Positions 37,872 through 54,010 of a stretch of DNA of 64,000 nucleotides are shown one piece after another. The DNA comes from the human T2T-CHM13v2.0 reference genome, Homo sapiens. Below the pieces are notes generated by a model. It was not told the origin of the DNA. It searched no databases and saw only the letters and a list, made by a program, of their open reading frames with translations. Location of the stretch: NCBI RefSeq assembly GCF_009914755.1, contig NC_060925.1; one strand, 5' to 3'. Made by a program: the position numbers and the translations under genes. Positions within the stretch are counted from its first letter, which is position 1. Each line of letters starts with the position of its first letter.

Positions 37872-38002
37872 GAAGCTGTACTTCGCCCAGTCCCACAAGC
37901 CCCCCTTCCACGGGCGCGTATGCATGGCACCCCCTGGCTGCCTGCTTAGCTCCAGCCCCGATGGGCCTACCAAAGGCTTCTTCTTCGTGCCTAGTGAGAA
38001 AG
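37872..38002 (+). CDS. DISP3: DISP3 coding exon 13/20
   Basis: ccacag|GAAGC...GAAAG|gtacgg; KLYFAQSHK...VPSEK; 131 nt. Confidence 0.94.
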
Positions 38003-38102
38003 GTACGGCAAGGGCACACAGGTGGGGACCTCAAGAGCTGAGACCTCGGGGCTCAGGAGCTGGACCCTGCCTTCCCTTACAGCTGTGACTCCCTGTTCGC
38101 AG

Positions 38103-38275
38103 TGCCCAAGGCCCGTCTCTCAGCCACCTTCGGCTTCAACCCCTGCGTGAACACGGGCTGCGGGAAGCCGGCGGTGCGGCCACTAGTGGATACCGGGGCC
38201 ATGGTCTTTGTGGTCTTCGGCATTATTGGCGTCAACCGCACTCGGCAGGTGGACAACCACGTCATTGGAGACCCG
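38103..38275 (+). CDS. DISP3: DISP3 coding exon 14/20
   Basis: tcgcag|TGCCC...ACCCG|gtacgg; VPKARLS...VIGDP; 173 nt. Confidence 0.93.
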
Positions 38276-39222
38276 GTACGGGGCATGCGTCGGGCAGATG
38301 CCGAGGGCCCCAGCTGCAACAGTCTTGCAAATAAGCACCTGTCCAGGGAACCATGTCCAGCTCCTCACACCCCCTCTTGGCTCCTCAATGGCTCCTCTAA
38401 CCCAGACAGAACCCCTATGGGCCCCTGGGGGTCCGGTTTTTCTTGAGGACTCAATGGCGTTGACCTCTTAGATTCACCCAGGAATCTGGGTTTAGGGCCC
38501 AAGCTGGATGCCTGTGAGGGACTGGAATGGAGAGAGGGCAATCCAGGTGGACACCTCCGTGCCCTCCTCCTTGCCCTCCCCCTTCCTCTGAGCTCGGCCG
38601 TGGCTTTCTCTCTGAGGCCTCCCTCCCTCACATGCACTCCTGTCCAATGTGGGGCTCTTCAGTTTTTGAAAGCACTGCTTGAGCCGGGACTGTTCTGGGC
38701 ACGTAGTGGGTGCTAAGGATTCCTAGGAGGAAGGACAGGTGGGTGTCCTTTGCCTTTATTAGTCACAGCCCAGCGGGGTACACGGGAATGGCAGCCATGG
38801 AGTAAGTCGGGGGCAAGGTGGAGTCGGAGGAGATCTGTGTGTTCAGTCCACACTGGGTGTCTGCAGGCGCTCGGAGCAGGGGTGGGGGGACCAGGCAGGT
38901 TCTGCAGGACAGTGAGGATGTGGCTGTCTGGGAGGGTGGGGAGAAAAGCAAGAAGTCCAGGTGAGAAGGTGGTGAGGGAAGGGGAGGAGGTGAAACAGAG
39001 GGTCCTGTGTGGGGTGGGCAGTGATGGGAGCAGATGTTGCTGGCGGGGGCAGGGCAGAGGGTTAGGGTGGAGCAGTGGGTGAGCAGTTGCAGGCTGCCAA
39101 CATGAGGGTGACAGGTAGCAGGAAGCTGCTGGAGGTTCTGCCCCAGGGTTGGGGGTGAGCACCCAGGACTGAGTCCCCGTCTCACTGAGCGGCCCGGGCC
39201 GGCTTGTTTCTCCTTGGGAAAG

Positions 39223-39349
39223 GGTAGTGTTGTCTACGACAGCAGCTTTGACCTCTTCAAGGAAATTGGGCACCTGTGTCACCTCTGCAAGGCCATCGCA
39301 GCCAACTCCGAGCTGGTGAAGCCGGGTGGGGCCCAGTGCCTGCCTTCAG
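39223..39349 (+). CDS. DISP3: DISP3 coding exon 15/20
   Basis: ggaaag|GGTAG...TTCAG|gtgcgt; GSVVYDSS...QCLPS; 127 nt. Confidence 0.92.
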
Positions 39350-39880
39350 GTGCGTGGGGTGTGGGGAGCTGGTTCCTCCGAGGGAGGATGGACTGACTGG
39401 GGAGGCACAGAGGCCGTGGTCCAAGGTAGACAGCCCGAAGGACAGTGTCTGGCATGTGGGGGTCTTTTGCAGATGTGTATCTGTGCTGAGCATGTCCACA
39501 CCAGGGTGGGGTGTGTGCCGGCAGTCGAGGGTTTTTGGATGTGAGCAGGCTTGTGTGTGAACAGGACTGGTGCAGAGGTGCATGTGTGTGGGATGGGGGC
39601 ACATCTGCGGGAGTAGCTTTTCCAAAATTAGGGGGCGGGGCCAGGGGCTGGCCCCACAGCCAATGTGGATGAGGTCACCACCGGGGTGTCCCTGGGAGGG
39701 GCCCACAGGTCATGTTCCACCCCGATGGCAAATGCATGTTGTAGGTTTCCCAATGCCGTTGCCAATGGTTACAAGCACTCTAAGCCTCAGAGGTATGTGA
39801 GTGCGTGGGCACAGGTGTGATGCAGGGGGACAGGCTCTTCCAGGGCCACCACGCACTCCCTTTCTTGCCTCTCCCCGCAG

Positions 39881-40026
39881 GCTACAGCATCTCCTCCTTC
39901 CTGCAGATGTTGCACCCTGAGTGCAAGGAGCTGCCCGAGCCCAACCTGCTCCCGGGGCAGCTGTCCCACGGGGCAGTGGGCGTCAGGGAGGGCCGCGTGC
40001 AGTGGATCTCCATGGCTTTCGAGTCG
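39881..40026 (+). CDS. DISP3: DISP3 coding exon 16/20
   Basis: ccgcag|GCTAC...AGTCG|gtgagc; GYSISSF...MAFES; 146 nt. Confidence 0.95.
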
Positions 40027-40959
40027 GTGAGCCCAGGCAGCCTCACTGGGTGCCATGCTGCGTACTTGCCCGGGGTGTGCCACCTCTGATCCCAGCCCTC
40101 TTCCCAGATCGGGGGGGAGATGCTGAGGCCCAGAGAGGTGGAGTGACTTGCCTGAGGTCACATAGTTAGTGGGTGTCAGTGTCGAGTGTGAAACCAGACC
40201 GCCTAACTGCAGAGCTCTGCCCTTTCTTCCCCATGGGCGGCCTGCCAGTTCCCTTCCACCCACCTTTCCCCTTCCCTCCCTCTCCACCAACTGGGGGTCC
40301 ACGGTATTTTTTAGTCTCTGGTCTGTAGGGGCCGGTGGAAGTCCAGGATGCCCCCCTCTGCCACTGTGGGAGGCCAGGTTGGGGCCCCAGACCCTGGCAG
40401 CCTCCCTTAGGGTGGCCAGGAGTCCGGCCATCCCCCGTACCTCCCTGCTGCCTGTCACCTCTGGACGCTCGCTGGGCTCTGCCCAAGGAGGCATAGGCAC
40501 ACATGTGTGCACATACCCACACATGCACACACTCCTGACCTGGGCACTGTGGGGACTCTCGGCCCTGGCACATGGCTCTCCCAAGCTTGGCAAGTCCGTC
40601 CCTGCTGCCTCCGTGCAGAGACCTGGGCTCAATCGTTGCTGGGATCCTGGTGTGCTCTGTGTCCCTGAGCAAGTTACTCGTCCCCTCTGGCCTCATCTGT
40701 AGAAGAGCCCCTCTGGCAGGTGTGGAGATAAGAACACATGGGAAAGTCTGGGGACTAAGAATCAATGTGACGGCTTAACTGGGGAGGTGATTCTCCTCTG
40801 GCCCCCCACCCTGACTTCCTTCCCACTATTTATTTGTGTTACTCATTGCACAACCAACAAAACCAGCCATGAACCAGGAGGGCCTCAGAGCCCTCAGCGA
40901 GCCCCCAGGCAAATGCAGACACCAGTTCAAAGCCCCAGATGGGTCTTTTTAGGTTATGT

Positions 40960-41950
<991 letters not shown>

Positions 41951-42708
41951 AAGCCCCAGGCAGTTCCAGGGAGGAGAGAAGTCCCCACTCAGGCTCACCA
42001 CACGGCAAGGTGCCCGCTTCCAAGCTGACCCCACCAGCACTCAGACACGCATGCACACACGCACGCACACACACACGCAGACCTACTATGAACTGGCTTG
42101 TGCTCAGCAAGAGCAGAATTGATGAGCAGATACCTTAAGAATCTTTTAGAGCAGGGTGAGTGCCTATTTCTCTCATTCATCATCCATGAGCACCTCTCGG
42201 GACTGGGCACTGTGGGCCAGCCAGGCTGCTCCTGCCCTTGCAATTCACAGTCCCACCTGCCAGGGCCAGGCAGGTTGCCAGGCAGTGACAAGAGCAGGGG
42301 AAGCACTGAGGGTTTGGAGACACTAAGGAGGCCCACCTTGGGGCATCAAGGAAGGCTTCCTGGAGGAGATGGAACCCCAGAAAGCCCTGAAGGATGAGCA
42401 GGAACTGGCTGAGCAGGCAGAGGGAACAGCATGCACTCTGTGTGGACAGGAGAGCATGGGGAGCCCTAGGAGCTGAAGGGAGTTCTGGTGGGCAGGGACT
42501 GTGGTTGCATGTGGATCAGTGCTGCTGTCACAACCACATGATGCCTCCAGAAGCTGGTGGGGACTCATTTTGGATTGAATCGTTGTTCACACCCTCCCCA
42601 ACACACGCACCACTCCATTGGTGGCCGCAGAACAGACCAGCCATGCCTGGGAAGGGCGGGTGGGCCACAGTCCCTGCCTGTCTCACTAGCTCACATCTCT
42701 CCCCACAG

Positions 42709-42868
42709 ACCACGTACAAGGGCAAATCCTCCTTCCAGACCTACTCGGACTACCTGCGCTGGGAGAGCTTCCTCCAGCAGCAGCTGCAGGCCTTGCCCGA
42801 GGGCTCAGTCCTGCGCCGGGGCTTCCAGACCTGCGAGCACTGGAAGCAGATATTCATGGAAATCGTAG
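42709..42868 (+). CDS. DISP3: DISP3 coding exon 17/20 (GC donor)
   Basis: ccacag|ACCAC...CGTAG|gcaagc; TTYKGKSS...FMEIV; 160 nt; the GC donor is needed for phase with the next exon's main acceptor. Confidence 0.9.
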
Positions 42869-43338
42869 GCAAGCGGCAGCCTCGCCCCTCCATCCTGGGT
42901 GGGCAGGAGGCAGAGGGACCTGGGGCCGGGAGGGCACAGAGCGGCCTGAGTCACAATCTCCATCCTGGCCAAGAGCCCTGAGGAAACCGGGTGGCACGGT
43001 GGCTGGGACATTGATCAGAGGCTGGAGTTTGGGTCCTCTCCTGTCGGGGGCATCTGGCCACGTTCTCTGATCTGGACTTTGGCCACCTAAAAAGTAACAG
43101 TCATGACCATGATGGCAGCTGCCAGTTACCAGCCCCTCCTAGGTGCCTAGGCTCCGGGCTGAGGGCCTGACCTGTGTTCTCTTCAACTCCAAACAAGGCC
43201 GGTAGGGTAGGTCCTGTTATGACCCCATTTTACAGACTGGGAGTCGGAGTCTCAGAGAGGTCAAGGGCTCAACCCAGCAGCACAGCTTGCTGCGACCGCC
43301 CACACAGCAGCGCACTGAGGCCCTGTCCTCCCTTGCAG

Positions 43339-43452
43339 GGGTGCAGAGCGCCCTGTGCGGCCTGGTGCTATCCCTGCTCATCTGCGTGGCCGCGGTGGCC
43401 GTGTTCACCACCCACATCCTGCTCCTGCTGCCCGTGCTCCTCAGCATCTTGG
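43339..43452 (+). CDS. DISP3: DISP3 coding exon 18/20 (TM8-TM9)
   Basis: ttgcag|GGGTG...CTTGG|gtacgt; GVQSALCG...LLSIL; 114 nt. Confidence 0.94.
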
Positions 43453-43805
43453 GTACGTGGGCGAGGGGCTGGCAGGCACCCTGCTGGTAGGGACGGGAAC
43501 AGACAGTCTCCCCGGTGGCCCCAGGTAGCCTCCAGGCCTCTGAACCTTTCACTGTCACATCTCAGCGGAGGCTCATAGGACTGTCTCTCCTGCATGTCTG
43601 TGCTCCTGAGCAGAGCCGGGGTACCCAGGTAGTAGCCCTCAGCTCAGTGATGTGTTACTGCACCTGTCCCCTCCCTCAGGGGTCCCCTCGGTGTGCCTTG
43701 TTTCTCCTGTCACCTGAGGGTGGGGGCTGGACTCCAGACCTCCCTGTTCCTCTGAGGCCTCCAGGGCGGGGGATCCGAGCTGCCCCCCCTGCTGTCTCCT
43801 TGCAG

Positions 43806-43972
43806 GCATCGTGTGCCTGGTGGTGACCATCATGTACTGGAGCGGCTGGGAGATGGGGGCTGTGGAAGCCATCTCCCTGTCCATCCTCGTTGGCTCCTCC
43901 GTGGATTACTGCGTCCACCTGGTCGAGGGCTACCTGCTGGCTGGAGAGAACCTGCCCCCCCACCAGGCCGAG
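43806..43972 (+). CDS. DISP3: DISP3 coding exon 19/20 (TM10, GSSVDY)
   Basis: ttgcag|GCATC...CCGAG|gtgcgc; GIVCLVV...PHQAE; 167 nt. Confidence 0.95.
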
Positions 43973-44651
43973 GTGCGCACCCTGCCCGCCTTACCCACTT
44001 CCCACCACATTGGGTCTTCTCCCACCTGGGTGCAGCTGAGGGACCCTCAAGGGCAGCTGAACATCCCAGCACCAGGACCCCCATGCAGGCTGTGTTCTAG
44101 AAACTAAGGTTTCCCAAAGCTGATCCCCAAGCCCCAGGGACTCAAGTTCTAAGGTCCACACCTCCCAGCCTCAGTCTTCCCAAGTGAACAATGAGAGGGT
44201 TGGACAGACGCAGGATTCCAAGGGGGCCCTCCTGCTTCACACTGCCCCAGGTCCATGACTCATTCTCCTTCCAGCCACGACCCAGAGGCCACAAGTCTGC
44301 TCCAGCCCCTGGTGGCTTGGTGAGGACATGTTCACATACTCAGTGCCAAAACCGGCTCTGGGCCTAGTAACGATTTTTTTCTTTAGTTTGGAATTGCGTT
44401 GGTGTGAAAACATTCACAAATGTGTAAAGATCAACTCAGTTACACAGGACCTACTGTGCAGACCCTCGCGTCCTGTTGCCATAGCAACACCTACCTGGTT
44501 CCTACCCTCCCAACCCTGGGAGGCCACTTGCAGCTCTCATCCCAGTAACAGAGCAGGAACCTGGCGTGGGGTGGGGGTGCGTGATTCCCCAGGTGCTGGC
44601 CAGAGGGGTCCCGCAGGCAGGCTGGGCTCCCAGCTCTCCTCTTGCCCCCAG

Positions 44652-45014
44652 GACGCCCGAACGCAGCGCCAGTGGCGTACGCTGGAGGCCGTGCGGCACG
44701 TGGGCGTGGCCATCGTCTCCAGTGCCCTCACCACGGTCATCGCCACAGTGCCCCTCTTCTTCTGCATCATCGCCCCATTTGCCAAGTTCGGCAAGATTGT
44801 GGCACTCAACACGGGCGTGTCCATCCTCTACACGCTGACCGTCAGCACCGCCCTGCTGGGCATCATGGCGCCCAGCTCTTTCACTCGGACCCGGACTTCC
44901 TTCCTCAAGGCCCTGGGTGCCGTGCTGCTGGCAGGGGCCCTGGGGCTGGGTGCCTGCCTCGTGCTCCTGCAGAGCGGCTATAAGATTCCCCTGCCCGCAG
45001 GGGCCTCCCTATAG
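44652..45014 (+). CDS. DISP3: DISP3 coding exon 20/20 (TM11-12, C-terminus, stop)
   Basis: ccccag|GACGC...CTA TAG; DARTQRQW...AGASL*; 363 nt. Confidence 0.96.
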   Translation, partial: DARTQRQWRTLEAVRHVGVAIVSSALTTVIATVPLFFCIIAPFAKFGKIVALNTGVSILYTLTVSTALLGIMAPSSFTRTRTSFLKALGAVLLAGALGLGACLVLLQSGYKIPLPAGASL

Positions 45015-45857
45015 CCCGGGACGGGCTCTGGACACTTGCACCTTTGGTCCCATGGGTGGGGGACAGGAGCTGCTTCCCAGCTCGACTTCAGCTAGCTGTG
45101 TCCCCAGGCCTGGGCCCAGGGCGCCCTGCGGGCCAGCGTGGAGGCTGACACCCACACAGATGGTGTGGACCATGCTGCCTTGTGGAGCTGGGAGTTGGAG
45201 ACAGCCGCCACCCCACAGGCCGGGCTACTGGCAGCCACACTCGGCTTTTTGCCCAGTGGCAGAAGAGACCAGCCCTCCTCCCATGCCCGGTCACCATGGG
45301 GGTCAGGTTATTTTTGTAGGGGGTCTCCCTCTCACACTGCCTCAGTGCTCACAACCTTCCAGTGTGGATGTTACAGGGTGGCCCCCATTCTACCGATGTG
45401 AAAACTGAGGCGCCAGGACACAGTGGCTGCCCTGTCGCTGGATCAGTAGCAGAGCCAGAGCTGCCTCCGAGCGCCATGCCGCCCTCGGGAATCATACAGG
45501 AAGAGCACAGTGGATCCAGGGTGGGGGCCTCTCACCCCCTAACCCCGCCCCCCCGCAACCCTCCCCTTCAGCTTTACGGCGGCCAGTGCTGAATGGCCCT
45601 GTGGCCCTCCCTGGGCCTTTTGGTCTTGGCCAGAGAAGACAGAAGGACCCGGCTTGGGCTTCTGCATGTCCTACCCCTGACCCCAGCCTCAAGGGGCCCC
45701 TCAAAGGCCCTCTCTGGGGGCTCTGGGGCTCAGCACAGCTTTCCTCATGGATCTAAGCCCCTGTCTTTCCCACCTGACTCTGAGTGGATGTTTTGGGGGA
45801 TGGCCCCTGTGGGGAGGAGCTGCCATGCCGGCCGCCTGCTCACGGCAGAAGGTTGCT

Positions 45858-45863
45858 ATTAAA
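45858..45863 (+). terminator. Probable DISP3 polyadenylation signal ATTAAA
   Basis: First A(A/T)TAAA hexamer I found after the stop, ~840 nt downstream, at the end of a GC-rich UTR. Confidence 0.7.
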
Positions 45864-46489
45864 ATGACATAGGATTGCAGACTGCTGCTGTTAATACGAG
45901 CATTTTAAGCACTGCTGTCTCTACCGCTTTTCTCAAGTTGAAGTGACCTTGTGCGCTGCCCAGCCTGAACGTGGCGCAAAGGCTGGGGCTGGTGCCAGAG
46001 GGAGAGGTGAGTGGGCTGGAGGGTGACCGACCCTCCTGGAACAGGTCACAGGGCACCCTAGGGGAGGTGGGGTTCAAGAGATGCTTCTCTCTTTAAGGGG
46101 TCCAACTGGCTCCACAGAGGGGGCATTTTGAGGATGCCTTTGGTGTGCTGAGTATTGTGCTGGGCACTGAGCTCTTTCCCTGGAGACAGACATTGCCACC
46201 AGGCTTCATGAGTGTGGACTCAGATTGAGCTGGAATGAATCCCTGAGGGTGGGAAAGACATCAAAGGGGGTTTCCAGGCCAGCCCTCCTGGCCTTCTGTA
46301 AATATTAACTGGGGGCCTGGGGATGCAAGACAGATGTACACCATTGTGTCCTCCACTTAGCGAGTGTTTGTTGAGGGACTGTCAGACCTTGGCCCACCGT
46401 GCAAAGTGAAGACAGACATCAAACAAGCAATGAGTGAGGCTAGCAGGCGGCACTGACTGTGCCAGAGGCTCTCCTCAGAGTTCGTGTCC

Positions 46490-46910
46490 GTGTCCCGGGG
46501 CTGCCACGAAAAAGCTCCACGCACTGTGTGACTTCCACAACAGAAGTTTATTCTCACAGTTCCGGAGGCTGGAAGTCCAAAAGCAAGGTGTTGGCAGCGT
46601 TGGTTCCTCCTGCAGGCTTTCAGGGAGTCCGTCTCCTGCTTTTCTGGCTTCTGCAGGTTGGTAGCAAACCAGCCTTCCTGTTCCTTGTCTCCAAGAGGCG
46701 TCACTCCAGCTTCTGCCTCTGTCCTCACGTGACTTCCTTATCTGTTTCTCTGTTTAGGTCACCTTCTTTCTAAGAGGGGTACCAGGCATACTGGATTAGG
46801 CCCCACCTTAATGACTTCATTTTAACTTGATCATCTACAAAGAGCCTGTTTCCAAATCTCGTATTCACAGGTATCCAGGAGTTAGGACTTCAACATCTTT
46901 CCAGGGACAC
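46490..46910 (-). mobile_element. MLT1-type MaLR LTR
   Basis: caacagaagtttattctcacagttccggaggctggaagtcc... Confidence 0.75.
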
Positions 46911-47660
46911 AGCAGGGTTCCCATGTGTGAGCTCACTTGTGAACCATAAGGAATAGGTGTTGTCACACCCATTTTGCACACAGGGCAGCCAAGGAACTGA
47001 GATTGACTTGCTTGGATCACGCAGCTACTGAATGGTGGAGCCAGGTGCCGAGCCCCACCAGCCTGTCCCCAGGGTGTTTCCTCAGCCATTAAGATTCACA
47101 GCCTCTCAATACAGTCTAACAAAGGCTGATGGTGGTTACAGGGTTGTCTGAGGTTGGTGGTCAGATCAAGAGGCCTGTTCTTAGAAAATCTGGAATGATA
47201 ACCCTTGTGTTTGTACAATGCTTCATACCTGAGCATCTTCCCATCCAACATCTGGAAAACCTGGACCCTTGGAGGCCCAGCCAAGAGCGCGGTGGCTGAG
47301 GGGAAGGACCATGGCCCGAAGCACACAGCCCTGAAGGGCCTGTTCAGGGCACAGGCTGGGCTCTGACCTGGGGCCCACTGGCGGCGGTCCCCAGATGTGC
47401 AGGAGGCCACATCTGCAGGGTCAGTCCTCGTCCGAGCGACCACCCATGCAGGGGAAATGGGGCAGGCTGGTGGGAGGAGGCCCGGTAGGAGCAGAGGGGA
47501 GGGGAGGGGCTGGCAAATTGACAGGATGCCCCAGAAGGTGCTTAGAAAAAGGATCTACATCTCCAAGTGCTTGTCCTGAGACCTTCCCAAAAGCTTAGTT
47601 TTAATATGGTGATAGAATCATTTGCATATCATTTGCATGCAGTTCAAATAATGCCCATTT

Positions 47661-47965
<305 letters not shown>

Positions 47966-50900
47966 ATGCCCATTTGTAAAGAAACCCTCACCTCGCCCAT
48001 CTCCTTTTGTGGTACAGCTCTTCTTCCTTCCCCTGGCCTCTGTCTTTTCAGCGTGTTGTGGGGGTTTGGGGCAGGCAGGTCCAGGGTGGAGGAGCCAGGC
48101 CCTATGTCACTGTCATCTCCCCCAGGGTGGCGAGGGCTCCGTGGCACATGTACACCTCTGATGTAACCCTCATGCTCCTGTGAGTGGAGTTCCCATTTCA
48201 CAGATGAGCACTCAGAGGCCCAGAGAGGGGAAAGAGCACACACCCAGCATGCTGCCAGGCAGCTTCCCTCCCCGCCGGCCTCTGGCCAGGGTCACCCCTG
48301 GGGATGGCATTCTCAACTTCAGGTCTGCGTCTCATCAAAGCTGACCTGTCTGGCCCTCGTCTGGCCCTGTTTGATGCCTGATCTGTCCAGCTCTCAGTGG
48401 GTGGTAGTTCCTCCAGGAGCGGGGCCACGGCCAGGCTGGGGAAAGGCTGTGAGTGTTTGGGAGTTTCCGAGAACTCGGGCCACACAACCAGTTGCCTACT
48501 TACCTCCAAATAGATCCCCCTTCATCTTGTTTGTGAATACTGGCGCCACAGGGTCCCAGAGGCACTAACTCCCACGAAAAGAACCTTGACCTTCCTTTGC
48601 CACTGAGGCACAGCTCATGGTCTTAATGCGCTTTGCTGAGCGTTAATGAGATGCTTTGTTAGCTCAGGCACAGCAGGTAGCCCAAGGTCTATGAGGATGT
48701 GCAGACATTTAGCGTGCCAAGGTGGCAGCGCATGGCACAGAGGAGGGGCTAAGGGCATGAGGAGAGTGAGAGGAGAGGGACCCTTACCCCCTGCCAAGGT
48801 TCCCTGAGCCCCCGCTTCTCTCTCCTTCCTCTTGGAGACCAAGAGGTATCAATGTGTGCTTGTGTGTATGGAGCGCCTGCCTTGCCTGGACAAGAATCTG
48901 TGCATTCTCGGGAATCTTTAGAGCACTGGTCAGAGGGAATGCTTTTGCCCTATTTCACTGCTAAGCAACTGAAGCCCAGAGACATGAGCTGTGCCCAGGT
49001 CCACCCCACCAGCTGACAAGGGGCCTTGAGGAAGGGCAAGGCTGTGCCGACTCCCATGTCCACCCAAGGAAGCTGGACTTTACCCTGGAGGGAATGGAAA
49101 TTACAATGAAAGGTTTTTAACAACAGAAGACCATTTTACGTTTATCCATTCGGTAAGGATCTACAAGGTTGATAGCACGCTGCTGGCCGGGCTAAGGGGA
49201 CACGGGCTGCCACGCGTTGCTGGTGGGCATGTAACAGATTCCACTGGAGTGGAGGGTAATTTGGCAGTCACTATCAAAATTACAATCTCACAGTTCTTTT
49301 GATTGAGCAATCCTGCTTCTGAGAGTCTATCCTGCAGCTAAACTTCCTACGCTGGCCAAGTGCAGAAGTTATTCACTAGAGGCTTGTCCAGTGCAGCAAA
49401 GGGCTGTGAGCCCCCCACATCCATTGGCACGGGCGGTGGAACGTTCTGTAGCCGTATTAAGAACAAGGAAGCATTCTATGTAACAACATGAAAAAAAATT
49501 GCCAAGAGATATTACTACAGAAATGTATTATCTAGATGATATTTTGTAAGCAGGGGAGAGACGTGGCTGTCATTTGCTCCTTAGAAACCTCTGGCTGCAG
49601 GGCTGAGGGTGGAGGGGAGGCAGAGAGAGCAGGGAGGAAGGAGAGAAGGAGCTCACCCTCTTCAGAAGGCATTGGCAAATGTCAACTGACTTGCTCTGCC
49701 CTGGAGGCATCGCCAGGAGATGCTGGCACCAGCGCCAGCCACCCTCCCTGCCTTCCCTGAGTAAGGACGCAGCGGGACTGCCCTGGCCTGCTCCAGAGCC
49801 AGAGTCCCAGTCAGAGGCTTTGGAGCATTGAGCAGCATGACATTGCCTGATGCTGCTCCCTTGCCCACCCTTGAAGTTGAGCAGAGGGGGTGCTTGGGAG
49901 GGGGCCACACAGGGTAACAGAAAGAGGCCGGAGTTCGGATACAGCCATCCTGCGGTGCAGTCACGGAACCCTTCCTCACCCTGCCTCTGTCAACTGTGTG
50001 AATGTAGGCAAGTCACATTCCCCATCTTAACCTGTTTGCCCATCCATTCAATAGAGTGATACCCATCGTGCGTGATCGTGTTTTAATAAGATGATGTTTG
50101 CCAAGGGCTTGGCCACAGTGATACCTCTAAAACCATCATCCCGACATCATCGTTGTTATGAAACAGATTTCTCCCAACTCAGGACAGCATTTATGCACTT
50201 GGAATTGCAAAGCACTTCGATAAATAGGAACTATTCTGTCCCTGGCTGGTCCCTCTCCAACTGCTGGTGGTATATGTTTTCTTGTCCTATTGACGTGGGG
50301 CCCAGCCGTGTGATTTTTGTTGTCCCTGGGGATCTTGTCAAGAGCGAGGCCAGTGCAGGCTTGTAGTTCCTGTCCAAGGGGACCTCCCTGTGCTTCTGTG
50401 CCTCCCTGGGAAGAGCAAGCACCAGCGAGCCCACTGGTTCCAGCAGGTTGAGAGACACATGGAACTCACTTCAGCCAACGTGTGGCCTGGAGCCAGGTTG
50501 CGCTGGTCCTTGTATAGGTCAACTGACTCCCAGCTGACACCAACAAGTAACCGTCATGCAAAGCCATGGAGTGTGAGGGGTTTGTTTCTCAGCTTTACTG
50601 CAGCAATAATTGCCTGAAGCATTGCCTGTTGCCTCCAGAATCAAATTGAAGTTACTTCACCCAGCCTTCCAGGTCCATTAGGGTCTCAGTGACTTCTGTG
50701 TCTTTATCTCATGTCACTGCCTCCACGTTGCACCTCAGGCCTCAGCAGAACCAACTTTTCAGTTCCTCAGTTGTGCCGAGCTGTGGCTCCATCGCTGCCT
50801 AAACACTCCTCCTGCACCTGCTACACCTCCATAGCCTCCCCTTCTCCTTCAGGACGCAGCTTCCTCCAGGAAGCCTTCATTGGTGCCCAAGTCTGGGTTC

Positions 50901-52099
50901 GTCGTCCCGGTATATGAACACACAGCGCTGTACTTCCTCTGCCCTGTGTTGTTCATGACCTGGTAATTGGCTCTGTCCCCGCACTAGGGGGAGAAGTCAT
51001 GAAGTCTCCATGAAGACAAAGACTGGGTATCCCCAGTTCCTGGCGTATAGTCTATTCATCATAAATATCCATTAACTGGACACATTTTCTATCCCTTCAA
51101 GCCTCAATCTGCCTTTCTGTAAAATGGGAACAATCTCATCAAAACTGGGGCAGAGCAGTGTCCTGGCCTGTCCTTGCTGCAGCGGGAGGAGCCAGCACCA
51201 CACCTTTCACTCTCCAGCCGCCTCTGCCCACCCATCCCTGCTTCCCATCCTCCTCCTGCCTCTTCTCCAAGGAACTCCAGGTGAAGATGCGGATTGTCAG
51301 CAGAAGATGAATGCCCAGGTCTACCTGACGGGACGCTGCTTGTACTTACCTGGTTTGCATGGGGAGGAGAGAAGAGCTTCCTCCCGGGCTGTCCCCAGTC
51401 ACTCCACTCTGCCTGCCCGAGCGCCTTCAGGGTTGATCTGCCTTGCCTCGTTGGTGAGGACAGGCAGAAGCCAGGGCACCAGGGAAAGAGGGTGGGAGGG
51501 AGGGAAGCTGAGCTGTAACTGAGTCCCTTCCACAGGCCTCCTCTCCACCTAAGCTCACTTCCTCCCCAATACCCACCCCGCGAAAAAGGTGCACCCCCAT
51601 TTCTCAGAGAGGAAAGTGACCCACCCACCTTCATCGAGTGGTGGGATTGGAACCCAGGCCAGCTGACTTCAAGGACAGTTTGCACTACGTATGAATGCCT
51701 CACAGGGAGCAATGGCTCGGAGGGCCTCAGTGAGGCAGGCAGCATCAGAGGAGAGAGAGGGCATCTGTGACACTATTACAATAAGAAGAGAGACTATGTA
51801 CCTCACAAGAGGCTGGCTCGTTCAGAACCTCACCAGCTCCTCACAACTTTGCGAGGCAGGCATGTTACCACCCCATTCTACAGATGAGAAAACCGAGGCT
51901 TAGCAAGGTGGAGTGACTTCTCCCAGGGGCTCACAGCAAATGATGAAGCTGAGGCAAGACTCTTCCCATCTCGTCCCCTGGATCACTGAATTCCAGAGGT
52001 CCCACCTAGGGGATCCCTTGTCCCAGGGACACTTTGGCAGAACCTGATACCTTGGGACATATCCTGTCCCTCTGGTGTGGTGATGAGACCATGCCTCCC

Positions 52100-54010
<1,911 letters not shown>

